Shown: positions 25,702 through 35,987 of the stretch, piece after piece | Numbering within the stretch: the first letter of the stretch is position 1 | Layout: each line of letters begins with the position of its first letter | From: an uncultured Opitutales bacterium | Lineage (GTDB): Bacteria; Verrucomicrobiota; Verrucomicrobiia; Opitutales; T3Sed10-336 | Length of the DNA stretch: 64,000 bases | Reading direction: 5' to 3' | NCBI GenBank assembly: GCA_964645585.1 | Contig: CAZYAN010000003.1 | Span: forward strand, 10,673 to 74,672 | Notes under the pieces: generated by a model | What the model was told of the DNA's origin: nothing | The model's input: only the letters and a program-made list of their open reading frames with translations | The model's database searches: none | Position numbers and translations under genes: made by a program

Positions 25702-28524
25702 TCAGAACTCCGCCAGACCTGCGCCTTCCACGGCCGAACATTCCAAAATCGCGGGCGGGAGGTCGCGCGGACCGTAATAGACACGGCAAAGCCGTTCGCG
25801 CACAGCGTCCACCGCATCTTCTCGCGCGAGAATCATCAGGCAGCCCCCAAGTCCAGCCCCGGCGATCTGGGCGCCCGCAACCCCTTCGATCGCCTTGACC
25901 GTGTCAGCCATGCAGTCGATCTCCGGCGTGCTGCATGCGTAGTACCCTGGCTGATACATCAGTTGGGCACCGCCGACACGCTCAGGATCCTCACTCGAAA
26001 GGTCCGCGAGGAGACGATACAAATCACCATCCGAGCATCCGCTCGCGTGCGGTATCTCCGACCCGGAGGCATCGCTGGCAACGACGCGATCCCCATCGTG
26101 ACTGAGGTTCATCAGCCGCCCAAATTCCGAAACCCTGCCCTCGCTAAAGAGCCGAATCGCTTTCCTCGCACGCGCGCACTCCGCAATGCCGAAAAGCAGG
26201 ACGCCGCGAATGAAGTAGTGTTCCTGTTCACGATGGCTCGAAAAACTTCTTTCGATCAACTCGGCGTGTTTCGTGCCAAGCGCGTCGCGGATCTCCCGTC
26301 CGGTCATCACCTCGGGAACCTTCAACAGGATCTGGTAGATCTGACTCGTCTTAACCCCCAGCCTTTCCGGATCGATATCACGCAAATGCTCAACCCGCGA
26401 TGCGATTTCGGGAACCCGCTCCTTCAGGAGAGCGAATCCGAGATTGTACGACGCGATCCGCGAGTTGAAGAGGTCGCGCGCACTCGCGCTCTTGGATGCC
26501 TTGATGTGACTGTTTGCAATGACAACACGATACCCTTCCGGCGCATCGACCACGCCGTCCTCTACAAACGGAAGATTCGCGACACGCACGATCTTGTTTC
26601 GCTGTCCCAGGTAAATGGCCGCGTGATCTCCGGCACCGCCGCGCGAACCGACAAACCATTCGCCCTGACCGCACAGATCAATGAATCGCGCGCTGGTCAA
26701 TTCCAGGTTGTTCAACGCGATCGCCGCTTGTGACACGCCAACCACCAGCGATGAACTGCTGCTGAGCCCGGCGGCCATCGGAATATTGCCGGCGACCGCA
26801 AGATCCATTCCTAAAATCCGGATGTCCTGATAATAATGCTGCAACCGAAGCAAAGCTGCCTTCAGGTAATTGCCCCACTCCCCCGGATGCCCGAGCAAAT
26901 GGCTGCGAACCCAGTCACTCTCTACAAAATGAATCCACTCGCTCCAGGCAAACTGCCCGAGGAGTTCACGCATGCTGAAGTCGATCTCGCGAAAACTTTT
27001 TGCCAAGGCGCTGACGCCGACGACCCGATCATCATCCCGCTCCCCCGCCACCACAAAGGTCTCCCGGTCCAAGGCGAGGAAATTATTAGAACCGCCTCTA
27101 TGATCGATGTGACGGCCCATCAGGTTAATCCGTCCCGGCGCGCGAACAATGACTACTTTCCGGTCATACCCGAACCGTTCGCCAAAGACCCGGAGCACGC
27201 CGCGGATTTCATCGATTTTTTCATGATGAACGTTCGTATCCGGTCCGTAAATACGCACGAGCCAGTTGTAAAGAGAAACCCCCGACGCATCGAGCCGACT
27301 CAGCCACTCCCGCACGCTCGCCCGCTGACTCGGAGGCAGCGCCACCCGGCGGCGCCGCTCGACCTCCCGCTCAATCGTCGCCCGCCGTCCCCGCACGTAA
27401 TCCTGAATACGAAGGAGTTCGCTCGGGGAATTGAATCCTTGAATCCAATCGCCCCGGTCGATCATCACGGTGCGGACGCGGAATCGCGGCTCTCCCTCCT
27501 CGTCTTTAATTCGCGGAAGATGCCGAACAAAATCCGTTACATAAAACTCCTGCTGCTCGTTGCGGTTATCCAGGAGACGAACCCCCGCTCGAAACGCCTC
27601 AAACTCGAGCAGATAAAGACTCGGATTCGTCGCCTGACAGCGCGCTTCAATTTCGCTTGCCGTGTAAAAGACGCCGTCCACCGCCAGCTGGTTCGCGGGA
27701 TCATTGACAAACCGCTCGACCCGCTGCCGGTCGAATGGGACTTTGCCATCCGCCATCTCAAGCAATTCGGTGCCGGACAATTTACTTTTTGCCTGGTCCG
27801 GAAAATGTCTCTCGATCACGGAATTCAATTCGTCAACGCCGAAGGGCTCGTTTCGTTCGAGCCGTTTCTTGATCTCATCGACAACCGCTTGTCTCGCGAT
27901 CGTCATGTATTCGACAATCGCGACGGCCTGCCCGGTCGAATCCAGCAGGACACGCCCTTGTCTCTCCTGCAGGCTGCTCCCCTTCTTCAGGGTGAGCAGG
28001 GTGAAGTCCGCCCGCTGGCGGATATGCCCGTCAACAAGCGCGTCAATGGCACCTTGTTCGATGTATTTGTCACCCGGAGTTACCAGCACGGGTCCGTCAT
28101 GCTCCCACCTCTCCAAGGCTTCCGCCGCCGCGCGCGCGGCATGACCCGTTCCAAGGAGCGCCGGCTGAAAAGCGAACATCGCTTCAGGATGATCCTTGGC
28201 AACCGCCGCCATCACCTGTTCAGCGTGCGAATTGACAACAAGCAGAAACTTGCGGAACCGGCTTCGTTTGAACGACGCGATCATCCGGCTGATCGCCGGC
28301 ACGCCATCGATCTCCGAATTTACTTTCGCGAGGTCGGCCCGGCCCATGCGGGAGCCGCGACCGGCGGCCAGAATGACAACCATGGTCCGCGACACAAACC
28401 CGCGGGCGTTGAGACGTTCGTCCGCGGGACCGCGTGCCACGCTTCCTGACGGCTGAGAAATTGTTCGGGTGATCATTTCGGCAGGTTTGATTTGGGGCAT
28501 CAATTCCGTGAAAAATTCCGTCAA
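25702..28524 (-). CDS. Fused GlmU-like sugar-1-phosphate nucleotidyltransferase and galactokinase-family (GHMP) kinase
   Basis: N-term ILAAGRGSRM, LLGTGHAA, PGD, NRNEQQEFYVTD, QGFNS; C-term APGRINLMGRHIDH, IPMAAGLSSSS, GAQIAGAGLGGC. Start may be 28500 or 28476. Confidence 0.85.
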   Translation of the reverse strand: MTEFFTELMPQIKPAEMITRTISQPSGSVARGPADERLNARGFVSRTMVVILAAGRGSRMGRADLAKVNSEIDGVPAISRMIASFKRSRFRKFLLVVNSHAEQVMAAVAKDHPEAMFAFQPALLGTGHAARAAAEALERWEHDGPVLVTPGDKYIEQGAIDALVDGHIRQRADFTLLTLKKGSSLQERQGRVLLDSTGQAVAIVEYMTIARQAVVDEIKKRLERNEPFGVDELNSVIERHFPDQAKSKLSGTELLEMADGKVPFDRQRVERFVNDPANQLAVDGVFYTASEIEARCQATNPSLYLLEFEAFRAGVRLLDNRNEQQEFYVTDFVRHLPRIKDEEGEPRFRVRTVMIDRGDWIQGFNSPSELLRIQDYVRGRRATIEREVERRRRVALPPSQRASVREWLSRLDASGVSLYNWLVRIYGPDTNVHHEKIDEIRGVLRVFGERFGYDRKVVIVRAPGRINLMGRHIDHRGGSNNFLALDRETFVVAGERDDDRVVGVSALAKSFREIDFSMRELLGQFAWSEWIHFVESDWVRSHLLGHPGEWGNYLKAALLRLQHYYQDIRILGMDLAVAGNIPMAAGLSSSSSLVVGVSQAAIALNNLELTSARFIDLCGQGEWFVGSRGGAGDHAAIYLGQRNKIVRVANLPFVEDGVVDAPEGYRVVIANSHIKASKSASARDLFNSRIASYNLGFALLKERVPEIASRVEHLRDIDPERLGVKTSQIYQILLKVPEVMTGREIRDALGTKHAELIERSFSSHREQEHYFIRGVLLFGIAECARARKAIRLFSEGRVSEFGRLMNLSHDGDRVVASDASGSEIPHASGCSDGDLYRLLADLSSEDPERVGGAQLMYQPGYYACSTPEIDCMADTVKAIEGVAGAQIAGAGLGGCLMILAREDAVDAVRERLCRVYYGPRDLPPAILECSAVEGAGLAEF

Positions 28525-28626
28525 ATCGCCGTTACTCGGCGGAAAACTGCTGGAGCATCGGATCCCAGCCGTCGTCAGGAACGATCGGGATTACGGACGA
28601 GATAGGTTTTCGTGAATCGCTGTAAA

Positions 28627-29850
28627 TCAGGCGCTGCGCGCGCGGCGGACAAAAATGTTCCAAAGCGCGACGCAAGCGTATCGCAGATCAGTCCGAAATG
28701 GCGCCTGCTCATATGCGCGCAAGTACTTCAATTCGGAGGCGACGATCTCATCAAAGGTTTTTGGAAGATCGGCGTAGAACGGAGGCAGCAAGCCGGGAGT
28801 GTACCGATTGCGGATCTCCTGCGCCTCCGGCGGATAGAGACTGAAGTATTGCTGGCTTAACGGTCGAACCCCGACCAGTTTCATTTCCCCTCGCAACACA
28901 TTGAGGATCATCGGAATCTCATCCAGCCACAGACGCCGCAACCACCGCCCCCAAACCGGGATCCGAAAATCATCTTTGAACTTTCCGCCTTCTTGAAGGT
29001 TGTTGCGCCGATACACGTACTCTTGCAAAAATTCGGCGTACGGGTGCATCGTTCGCAATTTATAAACGACAAACATTTCCCCGCCCCGACCATGCCGCTT
29101 CAGCGCGCAACACGGACCATACGTCGGATCGCGCACGAACTCCGCCTCACGAACTTTCCGCACGACAAAATGCATCAATCCGCCCTGGTCGCGATGCTCC
29201 ACGATTTCAAATCCGCACGAGACGAGTCTGCCGAGGGCTTCGGCCTCTGACAGCGGTCGACTATGTCCTTTCGTGCAGGCAAAGTAGCTCCTTCTTAGTC
29301 CCGGCAGTTTCGGCCAGACGCGATGAACGAGCCAATCGACAAAATAAATTCCTGTTGCGAGAACCGGCGGATATTTTCGATGAATTCGTTCCCGCCGCTG
29401 CGCGTTGGTTTCAAAGCAACCGACGAACAATCCTCCGATCTTCAGCCGAGAATTAACCGCCCGGAAGAATTTGTTGATCCACCGCGAATTGTTGATCTTC
29501 TGCAAAACACCAATGGCGTCCCACCCCGGCGCCAGCGCCTCGACATGCGACCGCTTGATACTGCCGACGAGCCGCACACGCTGAGCATCGGGATCGAGGC
29601 GGCCCCGAAAGAACGCGTCCACCTCGGACGGTGTCCGCCCGCCTTCGGCAACTCGCGGCCGATCAGCCACCGGCGGAGCGAACAGCATCGGCGTATCCCA
29701 AACCGAAAAGAGCGGCGGATCATCGTACTCAACAACTGATGCCCCCGGAAATGAATTGCGCCTGCGTTTTAGGAACCCGCGACGCTGCTGTCCCTGCCTT
29801 CCCCCACCGCTAAACGGTCGGATCGAAACACCCGGCAATCTTGCTCTCAT
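28627..29850 (-). CDS. Priming phosphoglycosyltransferase (bacterial sugar transferase) with N-terminal extension
   Basis: YKLRTM, DDFRI..WGRWLRRLWLDEIPMILNVLRGEMKLVGVRP, TPGL. Confidence 0.85.
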   Translation of the reverse strand: MRARLPGVSIRPFSGGGRQGQQRRGFLKRRRNSFPGASVVEYDDPPLFSVWDTPMLFAPPVADRPRVAEGGRTPSEVDAFFRGRLDPDAQRVRLVGSIKRSHVEALAPGWDAIGVLQKINNSRWINKFFRAVNSRLKIGGLFVGCFETNAQRRERIHRKYPPVLATGIYFVDWLVHRVWPKLPGLRRSYFACTKGHSRPLSEAEALGRLVSCGFEIVEHRDQGGLMHFVVRKVREAEFVRDPTYGPCCALKRHGRGGEMFVVYKLRTMHPYAEFLQEYVYRRNNLQEGGKFKDDFRIPVWGRWLRRLWLDEIPMILNVLRGEMKLVGVRPLSQQYFSLYPPEAQEIRNRYTPGLLPPFYADLPKTFDEIVASELKYLRAYEQAPFRTDLRYACVALWNIFVRRARSA

Positions 29851-29900
29851 TCAACTTCCTCCCCTTCTCACACATCCCGTTCACAGCTCCCGTCGCCTGC

Positions 29901-30278
29901 TCAAAGCGGTCGCTGATAAACCCGCGGCCGCCGAACAATCGCCGGCAGAAACCCAAGAGCCACACCCGATACATTAAATAAAAAATCCATCCCGCTCATG
30001 GTTCGCTCGGGAATCAAGAATTGTCCTCCTTCCGCAAGCGCCCCGGTCAAAAGCCCAAGCACCAACCAAATCATCCCCCGCCGAAACTGCCCCTCCGGCG
30101 TGCGCACGACAAAGCCGCGCCCGACAAAGGCCCATGGAAGAAACATCGCCAAGTGCAGCAAGTGGCTCGCATCGATCCAAGACAGAAGCCTGCTGCTGGC
30201 CACACTGCCGACGGGCATCAGGTGCAGAGCAAAAACAATCATGATGTAGATCAATGAGAAACGCGTGAAGTTCTTCAT
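29901..30278 (-). CDS. VanZ-like membrane protein
   Basis: Four TM segments; HLLHLAMF, AEGGQFLIPERTMSGMDFLFNVSG. Confidence 0.8.
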   Translation of the reverse strand: MKNFTRFSLIYIMIVFALHLMPVGSVASSRLLSWIDASHLLHLAMFLPWAFVGRGFVVRTPEGQFRRGMIWLVLGLLTGALAEGGQFLIPERTMSGMDFLFNVSGVALGFLPAIVRRPRVYQRPL

Positions 30279-30364
30279 CTAGAATAAATACCGGCGCGGA
30301 AAACCATGCTGCTTCCGCAACTCGTGCGCGTCCTGTCGATCGAATATTCACATGAAAAAAGCGA

Positions 30365-31483
30365 TCACTGGACATGCTCCGCCATGCGAGCTCCGCGGCC
30401 GGTCTCTTCCCGTCGCGATTCTTCCCGAAGCTCTCGAACCGTCTCCGGATAGCCTTCAAACAATCCAGCCATGAATGCCGCGACATCGATTTTTTCCTTC
30501 AGCATCGCGGCGCGTCGGCGATCCCATACTTTCTTTGTGCCTGGTTTTGAGTAATTCTCCACCAGCCGAAACATCCGCTCCGGTTCATTTGTCCGGACGC
30601 CATAAGTAAGACCGTAACGATCTTCCAACTCTTCGAGGTATCCAATCTCGCCGACAAAATCATTAAACCTGATCGCCGGAGTTCCCAGCACCGCGGCTTC
30701 GGCAGCCATCGTTTGACTGTCCCCGACATACAATTCGGCAAACGCCATCGCGTGATGAATTTTGTCAGGAGCAATCTTAATTCGGTAACTCTCAAACTCT
30801 GGTTCGAGTTCCCTCTCGGACGTAATGTATACGGCCCCGCGGGTCTCAAGCGTACTGACAAGACGCCGGGCAACTTCACGCCCGATTCCGCGGCGTCCAG
30901 CGTCATGATGCGCGGCGAGCTTTGCGAAACGGATAAGAAAGTACGGCCCTTCCGCTGAATGAAACGTACGCACAACGGACCGATCGGGAGTAAAATGATT
31001 CGGGTGCAGGTAGGCAAGCTCATGGTACCCGCGATAGCTAATCGTTTTACGCCGCCACCGCCCCGTTCTGCAGGATTCCGGAGCAAGTATATAGTTGCAA
31101 AACGGATACGCTAATTTTGCAAAAATCGGCACCACATCCCAGTCGTCTTCGTTCACAACGATACTCGGGATCCCGAGCATACGTCCGACATGGCCGATCT
31201 CGGCACAGGTTCCAACCATAAGGTTCGGCCGGTCGCGCAGCGCTTCTCGAAAGATTGCCCGCTCCCGAATCAGCATGGCGCCCATCATACCCGCTGTTGT
31301 ATCTTTGCGCCCCCGAGGCAAAACGTTGATGAACGGCAATTCTTCCGCGTGCAGAAGGTCCTCCAGAACATCCTTGTTTCGCGCCAAAATGGTTATTTGG
31401 TGCCCGTTCTTTCGCAATGCTTGGATCACAAAACGAAAGAGATGAAAATGGGCCGGATGACCGAGGTAGATCAGAAGTTTCAT
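30365..31483 (-). CDS. DUF354 family predicted glycosyltransferase
   Basis: HPAHFHLFR, ARNKDV, SYRGYHELAYLHP, AHHD, GDSQTMAAEAAVLGTPA. Confidence 0.85.
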   Translation of the reverse strand: MKLLIYLGHPAHFHLFRFVIQALRKNGHQITILARNKDVLEDLLHAEELPFINVLPRGRKDTTAGMMGAMLIRERAIFREALRDRPNLMVGTCAEIGHVGRMLGIPSIVVNEDDWDVVPIFAKLAYPFCNYILAPESCRTGRWRRKTISYRGYHELAYLHPNHFTPDRSVVRTFHSAEGPYFLIRFAKLAAHHDAGRRGIGREVARRLVSTLETRGAVYITSERELEPEFESYRIKIAPDKIHHAMAFAELYVGDSQTMAAEAAVLGTPAIRFNDFVGEIGYLEELEDRYGLTYGVRTNEPERMFRLVENYSKPGTKKVWDRRRAAMLKEKIDVAAFMAGLFEGYPETVRELREESRREETGRGARMAEHVQ

Positions 31484-32769
31484 TCGGAAACCTGCTGGTT
31501 CAATAAAGACTTCCGCGCCGCGCTGAGTTCAACGAGCGCCAGAAACATCCATGCCTGCCCCCAGCGCATATACGGTATCCGGTTCTTTCCCACCGGGAAA
31601 AGCTGGTAACAGAAATACCCGCGCACACTGTACATATGCCGGATGGTCCAGCGCGCAATGATTCGAGCGAACTTCGCGTAATCCGGCTCTAGATGGCGCA
31701 AGCGGGAAAAGCTCAAAATGCCTTGCGCCTGGTTATGTATATCCGCAGGCCATTCTTTAGGAAGTCTCCATTTTGCCCTGCCCGACGGAAAAAACTGCTC
31801 GCGGCGATAAAAAGCTGCCCCCCGCTCGAGGGCTTGCAGGCTTTCCGAGCCGATATCGCCGAGCAAACGCCGTACGCGATCAATGGAGTCGAGCAGGAAG
31901 CCTTGGTGAAAGTCAATTTGCACCCGTTCCTGTTTCGTGACCGGATCGAGACTGTAGTTCCACCGTCCGTCAGCATGCTGGTGAGCCACGGTGAATGCGA
32001 GCGCTTGCCGCGCAAGATCTCCCCACTCCGCGCTTCCTCCGAGCGCCGCGCCCGATGCGAGAATTTCCGCGGCCAGCATATTGGCATTGTAACAGCAGTC
32101 CCGGTGCAAATGCGTGTAACTGAAACAGAGGCCCGCCGGCGTCTCGGTCCGCGGTAAATTTTCTGTCACGTACCGGCAGCAGGCGAAGATCGCATCTCTT
32201 GCACGCTTGTCTCCGCTCAATTCAAAGTAGTCGAAGATACCGCGAGCGACAAACGCGGTGACCACCACCGATGGCACACCGGCCGCCACGCGTTTTATAG
32301 GATTTACCCAATCGAAAGGATAGCCCCAGCAGAGCCCGGAAAAGCCTTCGGACCGATTGGCCAGCAGCCAATCAAACAGCTCTCGCGCTACCGATCTCAG
32401 CTCTTGGTTTTCGTCCGCCATTGCCCATCGGCTGTATCCCGAGAGAAACAGGCCGATCGCCTTCGGATTGCGCCGCTTTCGAATGCCCATCACCGGTCGC
32501 AGATTTACCGGGTTGCGCTTGTGAATCTGGGTGGCGACAGCCTGCGTCCAGCGTCCGCCCCAATGAAGCGGCGGCCAACCGGTCAACGCGTCATAGGGAT
32601 CGTAACCGGCGAATTCTTCAGCTTCAACATAGGCCCGAAGCCGAGCGAGCACCGCGTCCGCCGGATCATGCGCGACCCGGCGCGGAGGTTTCTCCTGGAT
32701 TTCCGTGTTCATGGTAAACTGATTCGGCTTGGAGGAGCTGCCCAATCGACTGGCATCCGTCCGGCTCAA
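31480..32769 (-). CDS. Uncharacterised (alpha/alpha)-barrel (six-hairpin glycosidase-like) protein
   Basis: GYDPYD, CWGYPFDW, CFSY, WNY, IDFHQGF, WPADIHNQAQGI, YMRWGQAWM pattern. Start TTG 32769 (coupled) or ATG 32712. Confidence 0.65.
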   Translation of the reverse strand: MSRTDASRLGSSSKPNQFTMNTEIQEKPPRRVAHDPADAVLARLRAYVEAEEFAGYDPYDALTGWPPLHWGGRWTQAVATQIHKRNPVNLRPVMGIRKRRNPKAIGLFLSGYSRWAMADENQELRSVARELFDWLLANRSEGFSGLCWGYPFDWVNPIKRVAAGVPSVVVTAFVARGIFDYFELSGDKRARDAIFACCRYVTENLPRTETPAGLCFSYTHLHRDCCYNANMLAAEILASGAALGGSAEWGDLARQALAFTVAHQHADGRWNYSLDPVTKQERVQIDFHQGFLLDSIDRVRRLLGDIGSESLQALERGAAFYRREQFFPSGRAKWRLPKEWPADIHNQAQGILSFSRLRHLEPDYAKFARIIARWTIRHMYSVRGYFCYQLFPVGKNRIPYMRWGQAWMFLALVELSAARKSLLNQQVSE

Positions 32770-33926
32770 ACAGCCGCCGCACCCGCCGCGTGTGTTCCAA
32801 AGGCATTTGCCCTCGCCTCTCGCTGGAGCGGGAGACGCGGCAGAGCGTTCTGCCCCAGGCGGACGACGCAGTCACGCGTGCGGGAGAAGGTCATCCCCGG
32901 CTCCCGTGCCAGTCGCCCGAGGAAGCGGTCAAAATTCCCGAACGCATAAAAGCTCTTGGAGTGGGTCAACAGAATGAGCGGCGTCTCCTCGATGCCGCGC
33001 CTTCGTGCCGCCTTGCACGCCGCTCGCGCCATGCGAAGAAGCGTTCGATGATGCATGTATCCAAAACTGCAATACGTCGCGCGCTCCGCGAAAAAGCGGT
33101 CTCGTATCGAACGGCGCCGATCGTCCGCGGGCCGAATCGCCGGTACGAAGGTCCGGGCGCGATCGTGTCGCCGCTTCCGCGCACCCACGGCCAAGTAGTG
33201 CAGAAGTGCTGCCGGTCGATCGCGCAAAAGATGAACCGCGAGCGGCACCCGGCAGGTCTCCGCAAAGGTGGGAATTTCTATAACACCCGTTCCTGGCGAG
33301 CCGGCCTTCGCCACGTCGTCCTCAGCCGTCCACCACGGCAGGAGCCGGTCGGCAGTCTCACGGAAATCGATTTCGCCATGATCGCGGTAAGCAATGTACT
33401 TCCCCGGAACCACGCTGCAGTCCGCGATCAGCCCGGCTCTGCGCATCGCACGAATCAGGGCCCCAGACGGCTGCGCCATCCAGCCCCCGGCGCGAAACGC
33501 CACCGTCTGATAGTCACGGCTAACCGGCTGCAAAAGGTGCTCCAAATAGGTTTTCCCGCGCGCGAGCCAATGATAAATTTCTTCTTCCGGCAGACTGGCC
33601 GCGCTCCATTTGGTATAATCGAGACGCCAGCGGCCTCGTTCGAATGAGCTTCCGATCCATTGCGGGTGGAGGTGCAACTGAACATCGTGCCCCCGCCGAA
33701 CCGCATCGCGAAGGATCTCCTCCCATTCCGCCGCCCACTCACGGTGCCGCGCGTGGCTCGATTCGATCATTGCAAACTGTTGCATGACTTCCGCGAAAAA
33801 CGTGTACCGAGCCCCGTGCCTGTCGCAGACCGCCAGCAGCTTCCGCGCGGGCGCGAACATCAGCTCTACCGGATTGCCCGTGCCGTCACCATTGATCTCC
33901 CAATCGTCGTGCAACAGAATGTTCAA
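32766..33926 (-). CDS. Polysaccharide deacetylase-like (NodB/CE4 fold) protein
   Basis: HDDWE, TFFAE, GHDVQLHLHPQW, AFRAGGW, DCSV, IEIP. TTG start in a TTGA overlap with the upstream stop, behind GGAGG. Confidence 0.78.
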   Translation of the reverse strand: MNILLHDDWEINGDGTGNPVELMFAPARKLLAVCDRHGARYTFFAEVMQQFAMIESSHARHREWAAEWEEILRDAVRRGHDVQLHLHPQWIGSSFERGRWRLDYTKWSAASLPEEEIYHWLARGKTYLEHLLQPVSRDYQTVAFRAGGWMAQPSGALIRAMRRAGLIADCSVVPGKYIAYRDHGEIDFRETADRLLPWWTAEDDVAKAGSPGTGVIEIPTFAETCRVPLAVHLLRDRPAALLHYLAVGARKRRHDRARTFVPAIRPADDRRRSIRDRFFAERATYCSFGYMHHRTLLRMARAACKAARRRGIEETPLILLTHSKSFYAFGNFDRFLGRLAREPGMTFSRTRDCVVRLGQNALPRLPLQREARANAFGTHAAGAAAV

Positions 33927-35086
33927 ACGCCTCCTCCCCCGCTGGAGACCGCTTCCGGCGCTGCCTCGGTGAATTTGCGCAGCCAAGTTTCCCCCTCGGC
34001 CTCATCGCCCGAGGATTCTCCAACCTTTTGCCAGATTCCTCGCAAACGCGCCGCAACTCGGTTCGCTGCAAAATGGGTTTGCGCATAATCGACATTGTAA
34101 GCACCGATCTTCTTGCGCAGGCCCGGGTCAGCAACCAGTCGCTCCAGCGCGGACGCCAATGCGTTCGGATCCGGCGACAGCAGCCAGTAACCCATCTTCC
34201 CGTTTTCGAAAAACTCGGGAAGCCCGCCCACAGGTGTGGTAATGACCGGAAGACCAAATGCCATCGCTTCAAGAACCGAGTTTGGCATCCCCTCGCCGTG
34301 AGTTGACGGAAAGACATAAACGTCCGCCTGCCGGAAAGCCTCTATCTTTTCACCGCCGACACGATAGCCAAGAAACTCCACATGCGGCACACCGCCCCTC
34401 CGGACAATATCCCGCGCGCCCTCGGATTCTCCCCCTTCACCGACCACGAGCAATCGCGTCAATGCCCCTCCCCGAAGCAGTTGTTCGTGAGCTTCGATCG
34501 CAGTATAAATGCCTTTGTCACGTTCCAGTCGGGCAAGAAAGAGGATGTTGCAACGATCTCGATCTCGCTGCTTCGGCCTCCGCGCGGCATTGACCAAATC
34601 GGATCCAACCGTGGTCGTCTCAACCCAAATCGGTCCTCGGAATCCCCACCTGCGGATGCGCTCCTTAAACTCACTCGAAAGGACAATCATTCCGTCGGCT
34701 CGGCCAAAAATCCGATAGAAAACTCCCCGCCAATGGCGGTCGATGGCACCCGCTGCTTTCTCGCTCCATCCCCGAAAGAAAACCACAACCTTCTTCCTCC
34801 GCCATTTCGCCATCAGGAGAAGAAGTCCGTCGCGCATCAGCCCGGATGCGCCGAGCGAAGGGTTCAGGTTCACGAGATCACAATCCCGGGATTCCCGCCA
34901 GAATCGGAAAGAGTCCGTTACAAGGCGAAACAGATCATCCAAAACCGATTGCCTTCCCTCACGCTTTCCAATCGTGAAGTAGTGTACATTCTCGCCTAGA
35001 TGCGGACGCAACGCCTTGTAATAATGCGCGATGCCGCCGTAGCGTTTGCGGCGCTCAAAATCCTTTAAGGTAACCAGGACCTTCAT
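33923..35086 (-). CDS. Glycosyltransferase family 4
   Basis: ILFLARLERDKGI, DVYVFPSTHGEGMPNSVLEAMAFGLPVITTPVGG. Confidence 0.93.
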   Translation of the reverse strand: MKVLVTLKDFERRKRYGGIAHYYKALRPHLGENVHYFTIGKREGRQSVLDDLFRLVTDSFRFWRESRDCDLVNLNPSLGASGLMRDGLLLLMAKWRRKKVVVFFRGWSEKAAGAIDRHWRGVFYRIFGRADGMIVLSSEFKERIRRWGFRGPIWVETTTVGSDLVNAARRPKQRDRDRCNILFLARLERDKGIYTAIEAHEQLLRGGALTRLLVVGEGGESEGARDIVRRGGVPHVEFLGYRVGGEKIEAFRQADVYVFPSTHGEGMPNSVLEAMAFGLPVITTPVGGLPEFFENGKMGYWLLSPDPNALASALERLVADPGLRKKIGAYNVDYAQTHFAANRVAARLRGIWQKVGESSGDEAEGETWLRKFTEAAPEAVSSGGGGV

Positions 35087-35987
35087 TCGTCGTCACTGCA
35101 GTCGATTGGCTCTCGCCATAGCCGAAGGCCGTCCGTGCTCGAGCCGTCATTAAACTCACGAGCCGTCGCTCCCATGGCCGCAATGTCTTGATCCCGCTCG
35201 ACGCCCGGGCGGGATCGACGCCGCGCACACTAATGCCGGTGTGACTGGATTCTTTTCCCGAAGCGCTGAGCATCGCATCTTCGAAGGGCAGTTCACAAAA
35301 CTCGCACACTCGCCGCACGGCTTCCACCGGCGAGTGGACCAAATCTTCGTACCGAACCACCAGTATCGGGTAGCGTTTCTTATATTGAAAGATCGCTCTC
35401 GCCGTGCGCCTGAACTCAAAGAGGAAGAAGAGCAGGATCACCAAATGAATACCTGGCGCGAGAACCGGATGGTCAGCTTTTCGTCCGCGCGTGCCGGGGC
35501 TCTTCAATTTCGACGCGCACATGGCAAATGGATCGCGGACAAGAAAAATACACTTCGCGTCAGGGTACCGTTCAATCACATCTGAAAAATGCCGGAAATG
35601 CGCAAAATTCTTAGCCCCGGCCCGCTCCTTCCCCTGCGTTCGCCGTGTAAACTCCAGAAAGGCATCTACCACACCCCACGCGGTTGCTTCTGTCGTCCGT
35701 ACTTGATCGAAGATTGCTTCCAGCGGCATTTTTTCACGATCAAAGTAGCGCCAGAATGCTCCATAGGCTTCGCACGCATACAGGGCCTCAAGGCCGGACC
35801 GCAACCCGCTGTCCGTTGTGAGATCGTACTTCGCCAGCACGTCGAACAATGTCCGCTGCCATGGATTCAGCACAACCATCTCATCAACGGTCATCGCCAC
35901 CCGCGAGTGCAAGTTGAGCATATTCCGCAACAGGGTGGATCCTGTACGGTGCTGACAGAAAACAAAAATTGGTGACTTCCCGCTCAC
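35055..35987 (-). CDS. PAPS-dependent sulfotransferase (Sulfotransfer_3-like)
   Basis: 5'-PSB motif CQHRTGSTLL, 3'-PB motif LVRDPFAMCAS, VRYEDLV; GTG start in a GTGA overlap with the wzy stop. Confidence 0.87.
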   Translation of the reverse strand: MSGKSPIFVFCQHRTGSTLLRNMLNLHSRVAMTVDEMVVLNPWQRTLFDVLAKYDLTTDSGLRSGLEALYACEAYGAFWRYFDREKMPLEAIFDQVRTTEATAWGVVDAFLEFTRRTQGKERAGAKNFAHFRHFSDVIERYPDAKCIFLVRDPFAMCASKLKSPGTRGRKADHPVLAPGIHLVILLFFLFEFRRTARAIFQYKKRYPILVVRYEDLVHSPVEAVRRVCEFCELPFEDAMLSASGKESSHTGISVRGVDPARASSGIKTLRPWERRLVSLMTARARTAFGYGESQSTAVTTNEGPGYLKGF

